From Fimbriimonadales bacterium (GTDB lineage Bacteria > Armatimonadota > Fimbriimonadia > Fimbriimonadales > ATM1), in contig JBPCLO010000027.1 of assembly GCA_051003155.1 (NCBI GenBank), positions 1-64,000 of the forward strand: a stretch of DNA of 64,000 bases, read 5' to 3'. Positions 49,532 through 59,240 of the stretch are shown one piece after another. The notes under the pieces were generated by a model. That model searched no databases, was not told the DNA's origin, and saw nothing but the letters and a program-made list of their open reading frames with translations. Numbering within the stretch: position 1 is the stretch's first letter; each line of letters starts with the position of its first letter. Made by a program: the position numbers and the translations under genes.

Positions 49532-50293
49532 TCACTTTACGATTTCGCCGACATCCGCGCAGATATATGTCGGCGGCTGCTTGGCAGTCTTTAGATCGAC
49601 CTTCGAAATTTCACCCGTAAGGACGAGCGCCGAATCGCAGCCGGCACGAGCCGCACATTCGATATCCGTATCCAACCGGTCACCGACTACCAGAGTTTCA
49701 TCGGGAGAAATCTCCGTTTCCGCCCAAATCATTCGAACGAGCGTCGGCTCCGGCTTGCCGATCGTGATCTCGGGGTACTTTCCCGCGGCGGTTGCGATCG
49801 CCGCGACCATCGCACCCGCCCCCGGCTTTAACCGGCAACCTTCAACGGGATAGGTCGGGTCGAGGTTAGTCGCCATGAACCGGGCGCCCTGACGAATCCG
49901 CCATTGAGCTTCGTCGATCATCGCATAAGTGAGACCCAAACAAGCTCCTACGACGACCCAATCCGACGCCTCGTCGCCAACGATCCGGCAACCCATCTCT
50001 CGCAGTTCCTCAACCAGCCCCTCTTCCCCTACCATGAAGACGCTGGCGCCGGCAAGAGCGATTGCCGCTCCGGCTGCGCTGGTGTAGATTTCTGTGGGAC
50101 GGGCTTCGAAGCCCATTTCGTTTAACTTGTCCGCGAACGCCTTGCGGGTCAGCGTTGAATTGTTCGTCATAAAGCGAACCGTCGAACCCTGGTCACGAAG
50201 CGGTCTTAGAGCATCCGCTGCGCCAGGGATCGGCGAATTACCGCGGTAGAGGACGCCGTCCAAATCAAAAACATACAGCTCGTACCGCCTCAT
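49532..50293 (-). CDS. HAD-IIA hydrolase (NagD-like)
   Basis: DLDGVL, TNNS, GKPEP, VGDRLDTDI. Confidence 0.92.
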   Translation of the reverse strand: MRRYELYVFDLDGVLYRGNSPIPGAADALRPLRDQGSTVRFMTNNSTLTRKAFADKLNEMGFEARPTEIYTSAAGAAIALAGASVFMVGEEGLVEELREMGCRIVGDEASDWVVVGACLGLTYAMIDEAQWRIRQGARFMATNLDPTYPVEGCRLKPGAGAMVAAIATAAGKYPEITIGKPEPTLVRMIWAETEISPDETLVVGDRLDTDIECAARAGCDSALVLTGEISKVDLKTAKQPPTYICADVGEIVK

Positions 50294-50301
50294 GCCGGCG
50301 G

Positions 50302-51309
50302 CTACGAATCCCGACAGACGAGGATTTGCCCAAGATTCGCCAGCAACTGGGTCGCGGCGTTGTGCGGCAGATCGTTTAGCGCTTCCTTTGCCGTGTCGGA
50401 ATAGGCTTCGGCTCTGCTCTTCGCGCTCGCAAAAGCCTCCCGATCAAGCATCCATCCCGCGATTGTTTCGAGGTCGGAATCCGTCACGCCGTTGCCGAAT
50501 TTCGATCGAACATACGCCGCCTCATCAACGGCCAAGCGGCCTCGAAGATAGATGAGCGGCAATGTCGCGCATCCTTCGTTGAAATCCGTCGCGCGGGGCT
50601 TTCCGGACACCTCCGGCAGGCTTTGGAAATCGAGCAGGTCGTCGGCGATTTGATATCCGATCCCGATCGCTTCGCCGTAGCCCGCAAGCGCGCTCGCAAC
50701 CCGCCCATCCGCGCCAGCGACCAGCGCTCCCGCCTCGCAGCAGCAAGCGATGAGGACGGCGGTCTTCCGTCGCAATATCTCGACATGTTTCTCTTCGCTC
50801 AGGTCGAAATCGCCGCGGCTTTGAACTTCGAGGACCTCGCCCTCTGCCATCTCGGCCACGGCTTTGCTAACAATCCTTATGATTCGCAGGTCGCCGTCCT
50901 CAGCCAAAACTTGCATCGCTTTCGCGAGCAGAACGTCGCCCGTCAGGATACTCGCGGTGCTGCCGAACAACATCGACGCGGTCGGCCTGCCACGGCGAGT
51001 GGCGGCGTGGTCGATCACATCGTCGTGGATGAGCGTCGCCGTATGGATCATCTCCATGCATGCCCCGATCGCGGCGACCCTCGCTCGCGAAAACGGCAGC
51101 CCGGTGGCCCGGGCAGCCAAGCTCACGAAGAGGGGTCTGAGCCTCTTACCGCCGGCGCCGAACACATGCTCGGCAATGTTCTCGACTGTTTCCACGTCCG
51201 AGCCCAGCCGCTCCGCCATCACCGCTTCGCAGGCTTGCACATCCGAAGCCATTTCCATCGCCAGATCGCCGGCCAACTCACGCGCCGCGTCCAGATAAGC
51301 CGTCGTCAT
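50302..51309 (-). CDS. Polyprenyl diphosphate synthase
   Basis: GGKRLRP, HDDVID, RRG, QIADDLLD. ATG 51309 overlaps the menG stop. Confidence 0.93.
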   Translation of the reverse strand: MTTAYLDAARELAGDLAMEMASDVQACEAVMAERLGSDVETVENIAEHVFGAGGKRLRPLFVSLAARATGLPFSRARVAAIGACMEMIHTATLIHDDVIDHAATRRGRPTASMLFGSTASILTGDVLLAKAMQVLAEDGDLRIIRIVSKAVAEMAEGEVLEVQSRGDFDLSEEKHVEILRRKTAVLIACCCEAGALVAGADGRVASALAGYGEAIGIGYQIADDLLDFQSLPEVSGKPRATDFNEGCATLPLIYLRGRLAVDEAAYVRSKFGNGVTDSDLETIAGWMLDREAFASAKSRAEAYSDTAKEALNDLPHNAATQLLANLGQILVCRDS

Positions 51310-52025
51310 TTCTCCCCCCATTGAATGCAGATATTGCCAAAGAAACGATCCTCGTACCGAATGTTCTTTAAGCCGGCGCACCGCATCGCCTTTGCCAATC
51401 CTTCGCGCGTTGTAAACCGATCCGTCGACTTCGGCAAATATGTGTAGGCCTCTCGCTTTCCGAAAAGCGAGCCCATGGCTGGAACCGCCATATTGAAAAC
51501 GAAATGGCTCAGGCCCCTCGAAATGCGAGACCTCGGCCGTGCCATATCGACGCAAACGAACCTACCGCCTGGCTTCAAAATTCGGACAATCTGGGATAGG
51601 GCGGCGTCCGCGTCGGGCACGTTTCGCAATCCCCATCCCACGGTCACGCCGTCGAAACTCGAAGACCTTAGAGGAATGGCACAAGCGTCGCCCAGGGAAA
51701 GCCCCATGTCGTACGGCTTATGCCGCGCGATCTCGAGCATGGGCATGCAAAAGTCGACCCCGATGATGCGCCCCGATGGAGAAACTGCGTTACGCAAGGC
51801 GCGCCCGAAATCACCCGTGCCACAGCAAAGGTCGGCGGCCACGTCGCCGGCGCGCAATCGGAGCCCCTTCACGGCATCCGCTCTCCACCTGTGGTGCAGT
51901 CGCAGGCTAATGGCGGAGTTGAGCAGGTCGTACGTGGGAGAGATGTCGGCGAACATCCGGCGCACTTGTCGCCGCTTCTCTTCTCCATCCACCTCCCATG
52001 GCCGCGGTGCGGCATTCTCTGCCAT
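51306..52025 (-). CDS. menG: Demethylmenaquinone methyltransferase (UbiE/MenG)
   Basis: MFADISPTYDLLN, DLCCGTGD, GLRNV, AYTYLPKS. Confidence 0.9.
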   Translation of the reverse strand: MAENAAPRPWEVDGEEKRRQVRRMFADISPTYDLLNSAISLRLHHRWRADAVKGLRLRAGDVAADLCCGTGDFGRALRNAVSPSGRIIGVDFCMPMLEIARHKPYDMGLSLGDACAIPLRSSSFDGVTVGWGLRNVPDADAALSQIVRILKPGGRFVCVDMARPRSRISRGLSHFVFNMAVPAMGSLFGKREAYTYLPKSTDRFTTREGLAKAMRCAGLKNIRYEDRFFGNICIQWGEK

Positions 52026-52129
52026 CAAGGTCAATGTACCGCCGAGCCGAGCGAGTTTACAAGGATTACTGAAACTTCAGGAATATAAAGCGTGCGAAAT
52101 CGAGCGTATAATTCCACGGAGGTTCAAAA

Positions 52130-52621
52130 GTGGTAGCTGCGTTGTTCGCGTCGCTTGTCATATCGTTCGCACCGGGGGTTCAAGGAAACCCGCTCGCCCC
52201 GGGAACTCAGATAGATTTCATTGCGCAAACCTTGCATGGTGCTTCTATCGGCTCCAAGGAACTCAAGGGCAAGCAATCGCTAATCGTCCTCTGGGGAACG
52301 AGCTGGTTGACGGAGTCGCTCCCGGCGCTCGACGAAGCCGAGCGCGTGCGCAAGAAGTACGGCGAAAAGCTCCGGGTTGTCGCGTTGAGCAGCTTCGATC
52401 TGAAACAGCAAGTCATTTCCTTCGAGAATGGGCATCCTCATTACAAAATGGAATTCTGGGTCGACACTTCGGAGCGTGAGGGCCTCGACGCTTCCATAGC
52501 TGCCAAGGTCTTCAAAGCCAAAGAGTTTCCGACGGTCTACGTTCTGGACAAGGGCTGCAAGGTCGTGGGCGGCATCGTCGGCTTCAAAGCCGGCGACAAC
52601 ATCGAAACCTTTGTCCGGTAA
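52130..52621 (+). CDS. Secreted TlpA/thioredoxin-like protein lacking CxxC
   Basis: ELKGK...VLWGTSWLTESLPAL...FPTVYVLDKG; GGAGG RBS. Confidence 0.7.
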   Translation: MVAALFASLVISFAPGVQGNPLAPGTQIDFIAQTLHGASIGSKELKGKQSLIVLWGTSWLTESLPALDEAERVRKKYGEKLRVVALSSFDLKQQVISFENGHPHYKMEFWVDTSEREGLDASIAAKVFKAKEFPTVYVLDKGCKVVGGIVGFKAGDNIETFVR

Positions 52622-52630
52622 TGACGGCGA

Positions 52631-53746
52631 TTACCTTCCGCGCGGGTTAACGGGAGTCCCGTTGATACGGATCTCCCAGTGCAGGTGTGGCCCGGTGCTC
52701 ATTCCTGTGGAGCCGACCGCCGCGATCACATCTCCCTTGTCGACCGTCTTGCCGACGCCCACATAGAGCCGCGAGCAGTGTCCATATAGGGACGCTTTGC
52801 CACCGCCGTGGTCGATGATAATGCAGTTTCCATAGCCGCCGCGATATCCGGAAAAGATCACAGTCCCGCTACCCGAGGCGTGAATCGGCGTACCGGTAGG
52901 CGCAGCGATATCGAGACCTGTGTGCATTCTCGACCTCCCGGTAATGGGATGGACGCGCCTGCCGAAGCCGCTTGTCAGCCTCCCGTTCACCGGCAACCGG
53001 TGGGAACCGCGATACATGCGAGCCGTTGACTTTCGAGCACCGTAGAAGCGGCGAAGTTCGGCCTCGATATTCGCACTCTCGCGCTCGAGTTCGTCCAGCT
53101 CGTCTTGGGCATCGTGCTGATCCTGCTTCAGCTCACCGAGCAGGCCCTTCTTGAATCTCATGCGGCCGTCGAGGTCCTTCTTGTACTCCAGCCGCTGCCC
53201 AACCAAGTATTCGATGCGCGACACAACGGCGTCCTTGCGGGCCTTCTTTCGGTCGACGTCCTCGCGGTACTGGCGCAGCTCGTCGACCAACCTGTCGTCC
53301 TGGTCGGCGATCTTCTGGATGATAAACGTGTGATCGGCCGAGTCCGCGAACGACTCGGACCCGATGAAGGCGCCGATCGGTCCACGCTCGCCGTTCATAT
53401 AGAGAGACCGCATTCGCTGGCCCACGATTTCGCGCTTCGCGTCGAGCTTTTCGGCCGCCTCGTCGAGCTCTCGGGCCACCTTCTGCTGTTCGTCTTCGGC
53501 GTCGTTCAAGGCTATCTCGGTGTGTTTGAGGTTCGATCGAGCATTTTCCAGAAGGTCGTCCGCTTTGACAATGTCGGACATCACGTAGCTGATCCTGCGC
53601 TTCGTCTTCGTGATCACCTTGCGCAGCTGCTGAGCCTCTTGCCGAGTCGCCTTCTGCTTGTTCAACAGGAGCTTTTTCGACGGTCTCTGCCCCCACGCAA
53701 TAACAGCCAGAAGCAAAGTGAAAACAATTAGTAGCCTGACTCTCAT
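52631..53746 (-). CDS. EnvC-like coiled-coil M23 peptidase
   Basis: Signal peptide, coiled coil, HTGLD, YGH and STGPHLH with zinc ligands intact. Confidence 0.9.
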   Translation of the reverse strand: MRVRLLIVFTLLLAVIAWGQRPSKKLLLNKQKATRQEAQQLRKVITKTKRRISYVMSDIVKADDLLENARSNLKHTEIALNDAEDEQQKVARELDEAAEKLDAKREIVGQRMRSLYMNGERGPIGAFIGSESFADSADHTFIIQKIADQDDRLVDELRQYREDVDRKKARKDAVVSRIEYLVGQRLEYKKDLDGRMRFKKGLLGELKQDQHDAQDELDELERESANIEAELRRFYGARKSTARMYRGSHRLPVNGRLTSGFGRRVHPITGRSRMHTGLDIAAPTGTPIHASGSGTVIFSGYRGGYGNCIIIDHGGGKASLYGHCSRLYVGVGKTVDKGDVIAAVGSTGMSTGPHLHWEIRINGTPVNPRGR

Positions 53747-54633
53747 GTTGCAAACCTCAGGTATTTGCGGACCGAAAGGCCCGCCGCAACCATCCCCATG
53801 ATTGCGCCCACTCCCGCCAAGATACCTATCATCGGCACGGCGGGAAATTGCATGTCCGTAGAAAGCAGCGGCCCCATCAGCTTAGTAGAGCGCGCAGTAA
53901 GGTACGCCGCCAAGCTCCAAAGCAGCAAACCGGCAAGAACGCCGCCCAAGATGCCTTGGAAAGCTCCCTCGAAAAGAAACGGCCATCGTATCGTTCCGTG
54001 GCTTGCGCCGACGAGCCGCATGATCTTGATCTCCTGCTTGCGTGCCAGCACGGTCAGATGCACGGCGTTGAGGATCAAACTCCCAGCGGTAAAGAACGCT
54101 ATTAGACCGAAAATGATGCCCGCCCATCTGACGAACTCGATCATGGAGGTCACCCGCTGCCTCAGCTCGATGGCGTCTCGAATTCCGTCTCGTCCGTCGT
54201 ACAACGGCTGCCTCCGAATGGCGTCGCGAACATGCTCGGCCTTCTTCAGGTCGGTCAGCGTGATCACGAGTTGGTCAGGAAGGGGGTTCTTGATGTCGCG
54301 CGTGTCACCCAAGATGCCCTGGGACTTGCGCCAGGTTTGCCACTCGACGTCTTTTGGCAGCAGCGAGACTTGCGCAACACCGTTTACCTTGCGCAGACTC
54401 TGTGTCATAGCTTTGACCTGGTCCTTGTCCGCCTTGGGCTGTACAGAAATCTTGATTTCGAACTGGGGAGGAAGCGACTCGAGCCTTGCGGAAAGGTTAA
54501 GGTAGGCGTATCCGAGTCCCCCCAGAATAAACAGCGCAATCGCGGCGGTGTTTATCGCCGATAGCGTCATCAGGCCGTTTCGCTTCAGCGCGGTCACCGC
54601 CTCGCCGAACACAAACTCCAGGCGGTCAAACAC
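53743..54633 (-). CDS. ftsX: Cell division permease FtsX
   Basis: NPLP, RKQEIKIMRLVGA, PFLFEG. Confidence 0.93.
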   Translation of the reverse strand: MFDRLEFVFGEAVTALKRNGLMTLSAINTAAIALFILGGLGYAYLNLSARLESLPPQFEIKISVQPKADKDQVKAMTQSLRKVNGVAQVSLLPKDVEWQTWRKSQGILGDTRDIKNPLPDQLVITLTDLKKAEHVRDAIRRQPLYDGRDGIRDAIELRQRVTSMIEFVRWAGIIFGLIAFFTAGSLILNAVHLTVLARKQEIKIMRLVGASHGTIRWPFLFEGAFQGILGGVLAGLLLWSLAAYLTARSTKLMGPLLSTDMQFPAVPMIGILAGVGAIMGMVAAGLSVRKYLRFAT

Positions 54634-55324
54634 TCGCGCCCTCCAAGGTCAAACTTCCCATACCGAACATGTCCCCGCGAACCATCCCCTTGCTCAGCGT
54701 AACGACCCGCCGGTGGAGCTTCGAGATCGCCATGATGTCATGCGTCGCCATCAGTACCGTGGTGCCCTTGTTGTTGATGTCGAGGAGCACACCCAAGATG
54801 TCGGCGCTCATCTCGGGATCGAGGTGGCCGGTGGGCTCGTCTGCGAGGAGAACGAGTGGGTTGTTGATGAGAGCCCTCGCGATCGCCACACGCTGCTGCT
54901 CGCCACCGGAGAGCTCGCTCGGGAATGCATTTGCTCGGTAGAGGACGCCGAACCTGTCCAAGAACTCTGGGACCCGCTTCCTAACCTCGCGCTGGGAATG
55001 ACCCGCAGCGCGCATGGCATAGGCGAGATTCTCCCAGATCTTCTTGTTAGGGAGGAGCAGGATGTCTTGAGGAACAAACCCGATCTGGCGGCGCAGCTTG
55101 GGTACCGTGTTGCCTGGGAGCTGTGCGAGATCCCGACCCCTTAACAAGACTCGTCCTGAAGTCGCCTTGAGCTCGCGGATAATGAGTTTTAGAAGAGTTG
55201 ATTTGCCTGAGCCCGAAGCGCCGACCAAAAAGGCACATTCCCCTTGACTGATCGACAAACTTACGTCCCGCAGAGCGCACACTCTCCTGTCGTACTCCAG
55301 GCTTACGTTCTGGAATTCGATCAC
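54626..55324 (-). CDS. ftsE: Cell division ATP-binding protein FtsE
   Basis: GASGSGKST, LSGGEQQR, ADEPTG; upstream of ftsX. Confidence 0.93.
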   Translation of the reverse strand: MIEFQNVSLEYDRRVCALRDVSLSISQGECAFLVGASGSGKSTLLKLIIRELKATSGRVLLRGRDLAQLPGNTVPKLRRQIGFVPQDILLLPNKKIWENLAYAMRAAGHSQREVRKRVPEFLDRFGVLYRANAFPSELSGGEQQRVAIARALINNPLVLLADEPTGHLDPEMSADILGVLLDINNKGTTVLMATHDIMAISKLHRRVVTLSKGMVRGDMFGMGSLTLEGASV

Positions 55325-55798
55325 CTACGCACCATTATGGCCAACTCCATGCGCAAGATGCGCCGATCGCAGCTTTATGCCGAAGGAATTCGGTTCGCAC
55401 AAGGTTAAGACACGCAGAAGGCTCAAATGGCGTCCACTTCTCGACCCTTCCAGCCCTATCAGTCTTAATGAGTCCAATTTGTACTGCCTCGAATCTACCC
55501 CTCCACCGCTTGTACTCGGTGCCAGGTGCGATCCTGGCTAAGGCCAAATTAACTTCGCGATTTCTGGTGTCCTATAGGTAGGCGAAGCTGCATCTGGCCG
55601 CCGGCCGTCTCGTCGACCAGGCAACCTGGTCAACCAACTTGGTGGCAAGAACAACGATGAATATGATGAGTGTAGTTAACGATGAATCGGCGTCACCCGC
55701 CGCCGCAAATCTTCAAGCGTACGCGTGGCTATCGTCATGACGAGTCGCGAATCGGTCGCGAGGCGTGCCCAGAGGCTCCCGCCGGTATACTTAAGCCC

Positions 55799-57268
55799 GT
55801 GGTCGACCTCTTTGAAGAATCGGATCACTTAAAGGAAGAGTGCGGCGTCTTCGCGGCCTTTTCCCCAGGCTCGGAAGCGGCGAGGTTAACCTTTTTCGGG
55901 CTTTTCTCCTTGCAGCATCGCGGCCAGGAGTCGTGCGGCATCGCAGTGTCCGACGGACGCAAAGTGCGCATGCACAAGGACATGGGCCTCGTGAGCCAAG
56001 TTTTCACCGAAGAGATTCTGGCGGCCCTCCCGGGCCACATGGCTATCGGCCACACACGCTACTCCACAACCGGATCGAGCGTCAGGCGAAACGCCCAGCC
56101 GGTCAGCTGCACCACGATTGTCGGCGACATCGCGGTTGCCCACAACGGCAACCTGATCAACGCTCACGAACTGCGTGCACGAATGGAAGCCGAAGGGGAC
56201 TCGTTCGTCACGACCAACGACAGCGAAGTCATCGCGAAGCTTCTCGCCCGCGAACACTCGGGCGACCTGGCGGCGTCCATTGCGAACGTCATGAAGCAAC
56301 TTAGGGGCGCCTACAGCGTCGCAGTCCTGACGCCCAAGCACATCGCCGCTTTCCGTGACCCGAACGGCGTGCGCCCATTGGTCATCGGCCAGATCGAAGG
56401 CGGCTACATTGTCGCCAGCGAAACGTGCGCGTTCAACCCGGTCCAGGCCAAGTTCTTCCGCGAACTGAAGCCCGGAGAAATAGCCGTCGTGGACGAAGCC
56501 GGGCCCCGCATCGTGCAAGGCTTCGAGCCGGGCCGACCCGCGATGTGCATGTTCGAGTTCATCTATTTCGCCCGGCCCGACAGCGTGATGTACAACACCA
56601 GGCTCTATACCGCGCGTGAACGAATGGGCGAAGAATTGGCGCGCGAGCACCCCGTGGAAGCCGACGTCGTCATGCCGGTCCCCGACACCGGCTATCCCGG
56701 TGCACTAGGGTATAGCCGGGTCAGCGGCATCCCCTTCGTCGAGGGCCTGATCAAGAGCCGATACATCCACCGAACGTTCATTCAGCCTGACCAGAAGATG
56801 CGCGAGATGGGGGTCCGGATGAAGCTCACTCCCCTCGAAGAGCAGATCAAAGGCAAGCGCCTCATTGTCGTCGACGACTCGATCGTCCGCGCCACGACGA
56901 CGAAGCAAATCGTGAAGCTGCTGTTCGAATACGGCGCCACGGAGGTCCACATCCGAATCACCGCGCCGCCGATCAAGCATCCGTGCTTCTACGGGATCGA
57001 CATGGCTAGCAAGGGCCAACTCGCCGCCGCGAAGTGGTCGATCGAGGAGATTCGTGAGCACATAGGCGCTACGTCTCTAGGCTATTTATCGACGGACGGC
57101 GTCGTAAATGCGGTCGGCAAGCCCAAGGACACCTTCTGCCTAGCGTGCTTCAACGGCGACTACCCAATCGACGTCCCGCTACAGGTTCAGAAAGACGTCT
57201 TCGAACGACCGAAGGTGGGCGCTTTCGCCACCGTGAGCGCGGGTCAAGGCGCGCTCGACTTCGACTAG
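55799..57268 (+). CDS. purF: Amidophosphoribosyltransferase (propeptide, Fe-S type)
   Basis: EECGVF, LQHRGQES, VVDDSIVR, PCFYGID, CLAC. Start at GTG 55799. Confidence 0.97.
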   Translation: MVDLFEESDHLKEECGVFAAFSPGSEAARLTFFGLFSLQHRGQESCGIAVSDGRKVRMHKDMGLVSQVFTEEILAALPGHMAIGHTRYSTTGSSVRRNAQPVSCTTIVGDIAVAHNGNLINAHELRARMEAEGDSFVTTNDSEVIAKLLAREHSGDLAASIANVMKQLRGAYSVAVLTPKHIAAFRDPNGVRPLVIGQIEGGYIVASETCAFNPVQAKFFRELKPGEIAVVDEAGPRIVQGFEPGRPAMCMFEFIYFARPDSVMYNTRLYTARERMGEELAREHPVEADVVMPVPDTGYPGALGYSRVSGIPFVEGLIKSRYIHRTFIQPDQKMREMGVRMKLTPLEEQIKGKRLIVVDDSIVRATTTKQIVKLLFEYGATEVHIRITAPPIKHPCFYGIDMASKGQLAAAKWSIEEIREHIGATSLGYLSTDGVVNAVGKPKDTFCLACFNGDYPIDVPLQVQKDVFERPKVGAFATVSAGQGALDFD

Positions 57269-57272
57269 CTTC

Positions 57273-57671
57273 ATGCGGGTTCTTGGTATCGATTACGGTC
57301 TAAAGCGGATCGGCGTCGCAATCGGCGAATCCGAGGTACGCATCGGGTTTGCTCGTAGCTTCATTCCTTGTTCCGGAACGCCCCAAACAGATGCGCGTCT
57401 TGTGGCGGACTACTCCTGTTCCGAAGGCTGCGATGTCGTGCTCGTCGGCCTCCCTTATCTCGAATCCGGCGACGAAGGTGAACAGGCGCGCCTCACGCGC
57501 GAGTTCGCTGGGCACTTGCAGGGCCTCGGCGTTCGCGTCGAGTTCTGGGACGAGCGGTACACTACCGCCTCCGCTCGAAGGAATTTGGCCCACGTGGAAT
57601 CCGGCAAGCGCAAGCGGCTGTTGGATAGCGAATCGGCGCGAATCATGGTCACGGAGTACCTAGCCCATTAG
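57273..57671 (+). CDS. yqgF: YqgF/RuvX RNase H-fold nuclease
   Basis: GIDYGLKRIGVA, VGLP, WDERYTT. Confidence 0.92.
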   Translation: MRVLGIDYGLKRIGVAIGESEVRIGFARSFIPCSGTPQTDARLVADYSCSEGCDVVLVGLPYLESGDEGEQARLTREFAGHLQGLGVRVEFWDERYTTASARRNLAHVESGKRKRLLDSESARIMVTEYLAH

Positions 57672-57675
57672 AGCT

Positions 57676-58686
57676 CTGAAGCGAATCATCCTCGCGCTCT
57701 TTATACTTGCCCTGGTCGCCGCCGCAATCGCCGGCGGCCTGCTTTACGCCGCATTGAAGCCCGTTGTCGAGGCGAAAACCGCCACCCAGTACTTCCGCGT
57801 GAAGGATGGAGAAGGCGTCCGCCAAGTTCTCGAGCGTGCGGAAGACAAGGGTTTGCTCAAGAGTTCGACGGCAGTCAGGCTCATGAATCGACTATCCGAA
57901 CAGCCCGGAACAATCCGCGCCGGAACCTACGAACTCAGCCCATCGATGACCGGCCAAGAGCTGCTGGGAACCCTATTGCGCTCCGGGCGCGTTCGCCAGG
58001 ATGTTCTGATACGCGAAGGCCTGTCGACGATCGAGACGGCGAGAATCCTCGAAAGTAAACGCGTTGCCGACAAGAAAGCCTTCTTGGATCTTTGCCGCGA
58101 CCCCAAGCAACTCTCCCACCTGCCGAGATTCGTAATCGTCAGGAAAGGGTTGGAGGGCTACCTCTTCCCCGACACGCACAACTTGCCGCCCCTTCTCGGC
58201 GCGAGGGACGCTGCCGAGCAGCTCCTCTCTACATTCGAGCACAAGGTTTACAAGCCCCTTGGAAGTCCGACGCCCCAGAAGATGCGCGCGTGGGTCATCA
58301 TCGGTTCGATGGTCGAACTCGAAGCCAGGAAAGCGGCCGAACGTCCCCGGATTGCCGGAGTGATTTACAATAGACTGACCAAGGGGATACCTCTTCAGAT
58401 CGATGCCACGGTTGCGTATGGACTCAACAATAAGCGCAGGTTGCTGAACGACGACTACCGGATCGACCACCCCTACAACACTTACAAGATCAAGACTCTG
58501 CCACCCGGACCGATCTGCTCGCCCGGAGCGTCGTCGATCAAGGCCGCTGCTCGCCCCGAGAAACACGGCTTCCTCTACTACGTGGCCATGCCCGACGGCT
58601 CTCATCGCTTCGCCAAGACATACGCCGAGCATCTAACCAACGTGGCGATAAGCCGCAAGGCCTTCGGCGTCGCGCGCAAGAGCTGA
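57676..58686 (+). CDS. mltG: Endolytic transglycosylase MltG
   Basis: LEGYLFPDT, SMVELE, LQIDATV, PYNTY, LPPGPI. The N-terminal TM anchor needs a non-canonical start (CTG 57676). Confidence 0.9.
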   Translation: MKRIILALFILALVAAAIAGGLLYAALKPVVEAKTATQYFRVKDGEGVRQVLERAEDKGLLKSSTAVRLMNRLSEQPGTIRAGTYELSPSMTGQELLGTLLRSGRVRQDVLIREGLSTIETARILESKRVADKKAFLDLCRDPKQLSHLPRFVIVRKGLEGYLFPDTHNLPPLLGARDAAEQLLSTFEHKVYKPLGSPTPQKMRAWVIIGSMVELEARKAAERPRIAGVIYNRLTKGIPLQIDATVAYGLNNKRRLLNDDYRIDHPYNTYKIKTLPPGPICSPGASSIKAAARPEKHGFLYYVAMPDGSHRFAKTYAEHLTNVAISRKAFGVARKS

Positions 58687-59240
58687 TGCTAGGCAAACAT
58701 CCTCGGTTCGAAAGGGAGAAGGCCCCGGCGATCCTTCGCCGCTTTTGCCCGGACTATCATGTTAGGGAGATTTCCGACATCGACCCGAAAGACGTAGTGG
58801 CCGGCGGAATACGCGGTGTGCTTCTCGATCTCGATAATACGCTCCTGCCCTGGAAGGGCAGCGAACTACCCGAGGAAACCGTGGCCTGGATCGAGAAATG
58901 CCGAGACGCGGATCTCAAGATGTGCCTAGTGAGCAACACCCGCAACCTCTCGCGGCTACGCGCCATCGGCGAGCGTCTTAACGTGGAGGTAGTGATGCCG
59001 GGAAGAATGAAGCCCGCGCGCGAGGGGTTCCAAAGGGCGCTCGCGCACCTGAACTTATCTCCGGCGGAAGTTGTCATGGTCGGCGACCAAATGTTCACGG
59101 ACATTTGGGGCGGTAATCGCATGGGGCTTTGCACAATTTGGGTCGACCGAATACACCACCGCGAGTTCTTCGGCACGAAGATCAGCCGCTTCTTCGAGCG
59201 CGTGATCATGGGAATTCTTCGCAGATCGGAAAGGAAATGA
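58686..59240 (+). CDS. yqeG: YqeG family HAD-IIIA phosphatase
   Basis: LDLDNTL, VSN, KP, VGDQMFTDIWGGNRMG. Confidence 0.88.
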   Translation: MLGKHPRFEREKAPAILRRFCPDYHVREISDIDPKDVVAGGIRGVLLDLDNTLLPWKGSELPEETVAWIEKCRDADLKMCLVSNTRNLSRLRAIGERLNVEVVMPGRMKPAREGFQRALAHLNLSPAEVVMVGDQMFTDIWGGNRMGLCTIWVDRIHHREFFGTKISRFFERVIMGILRRSERK

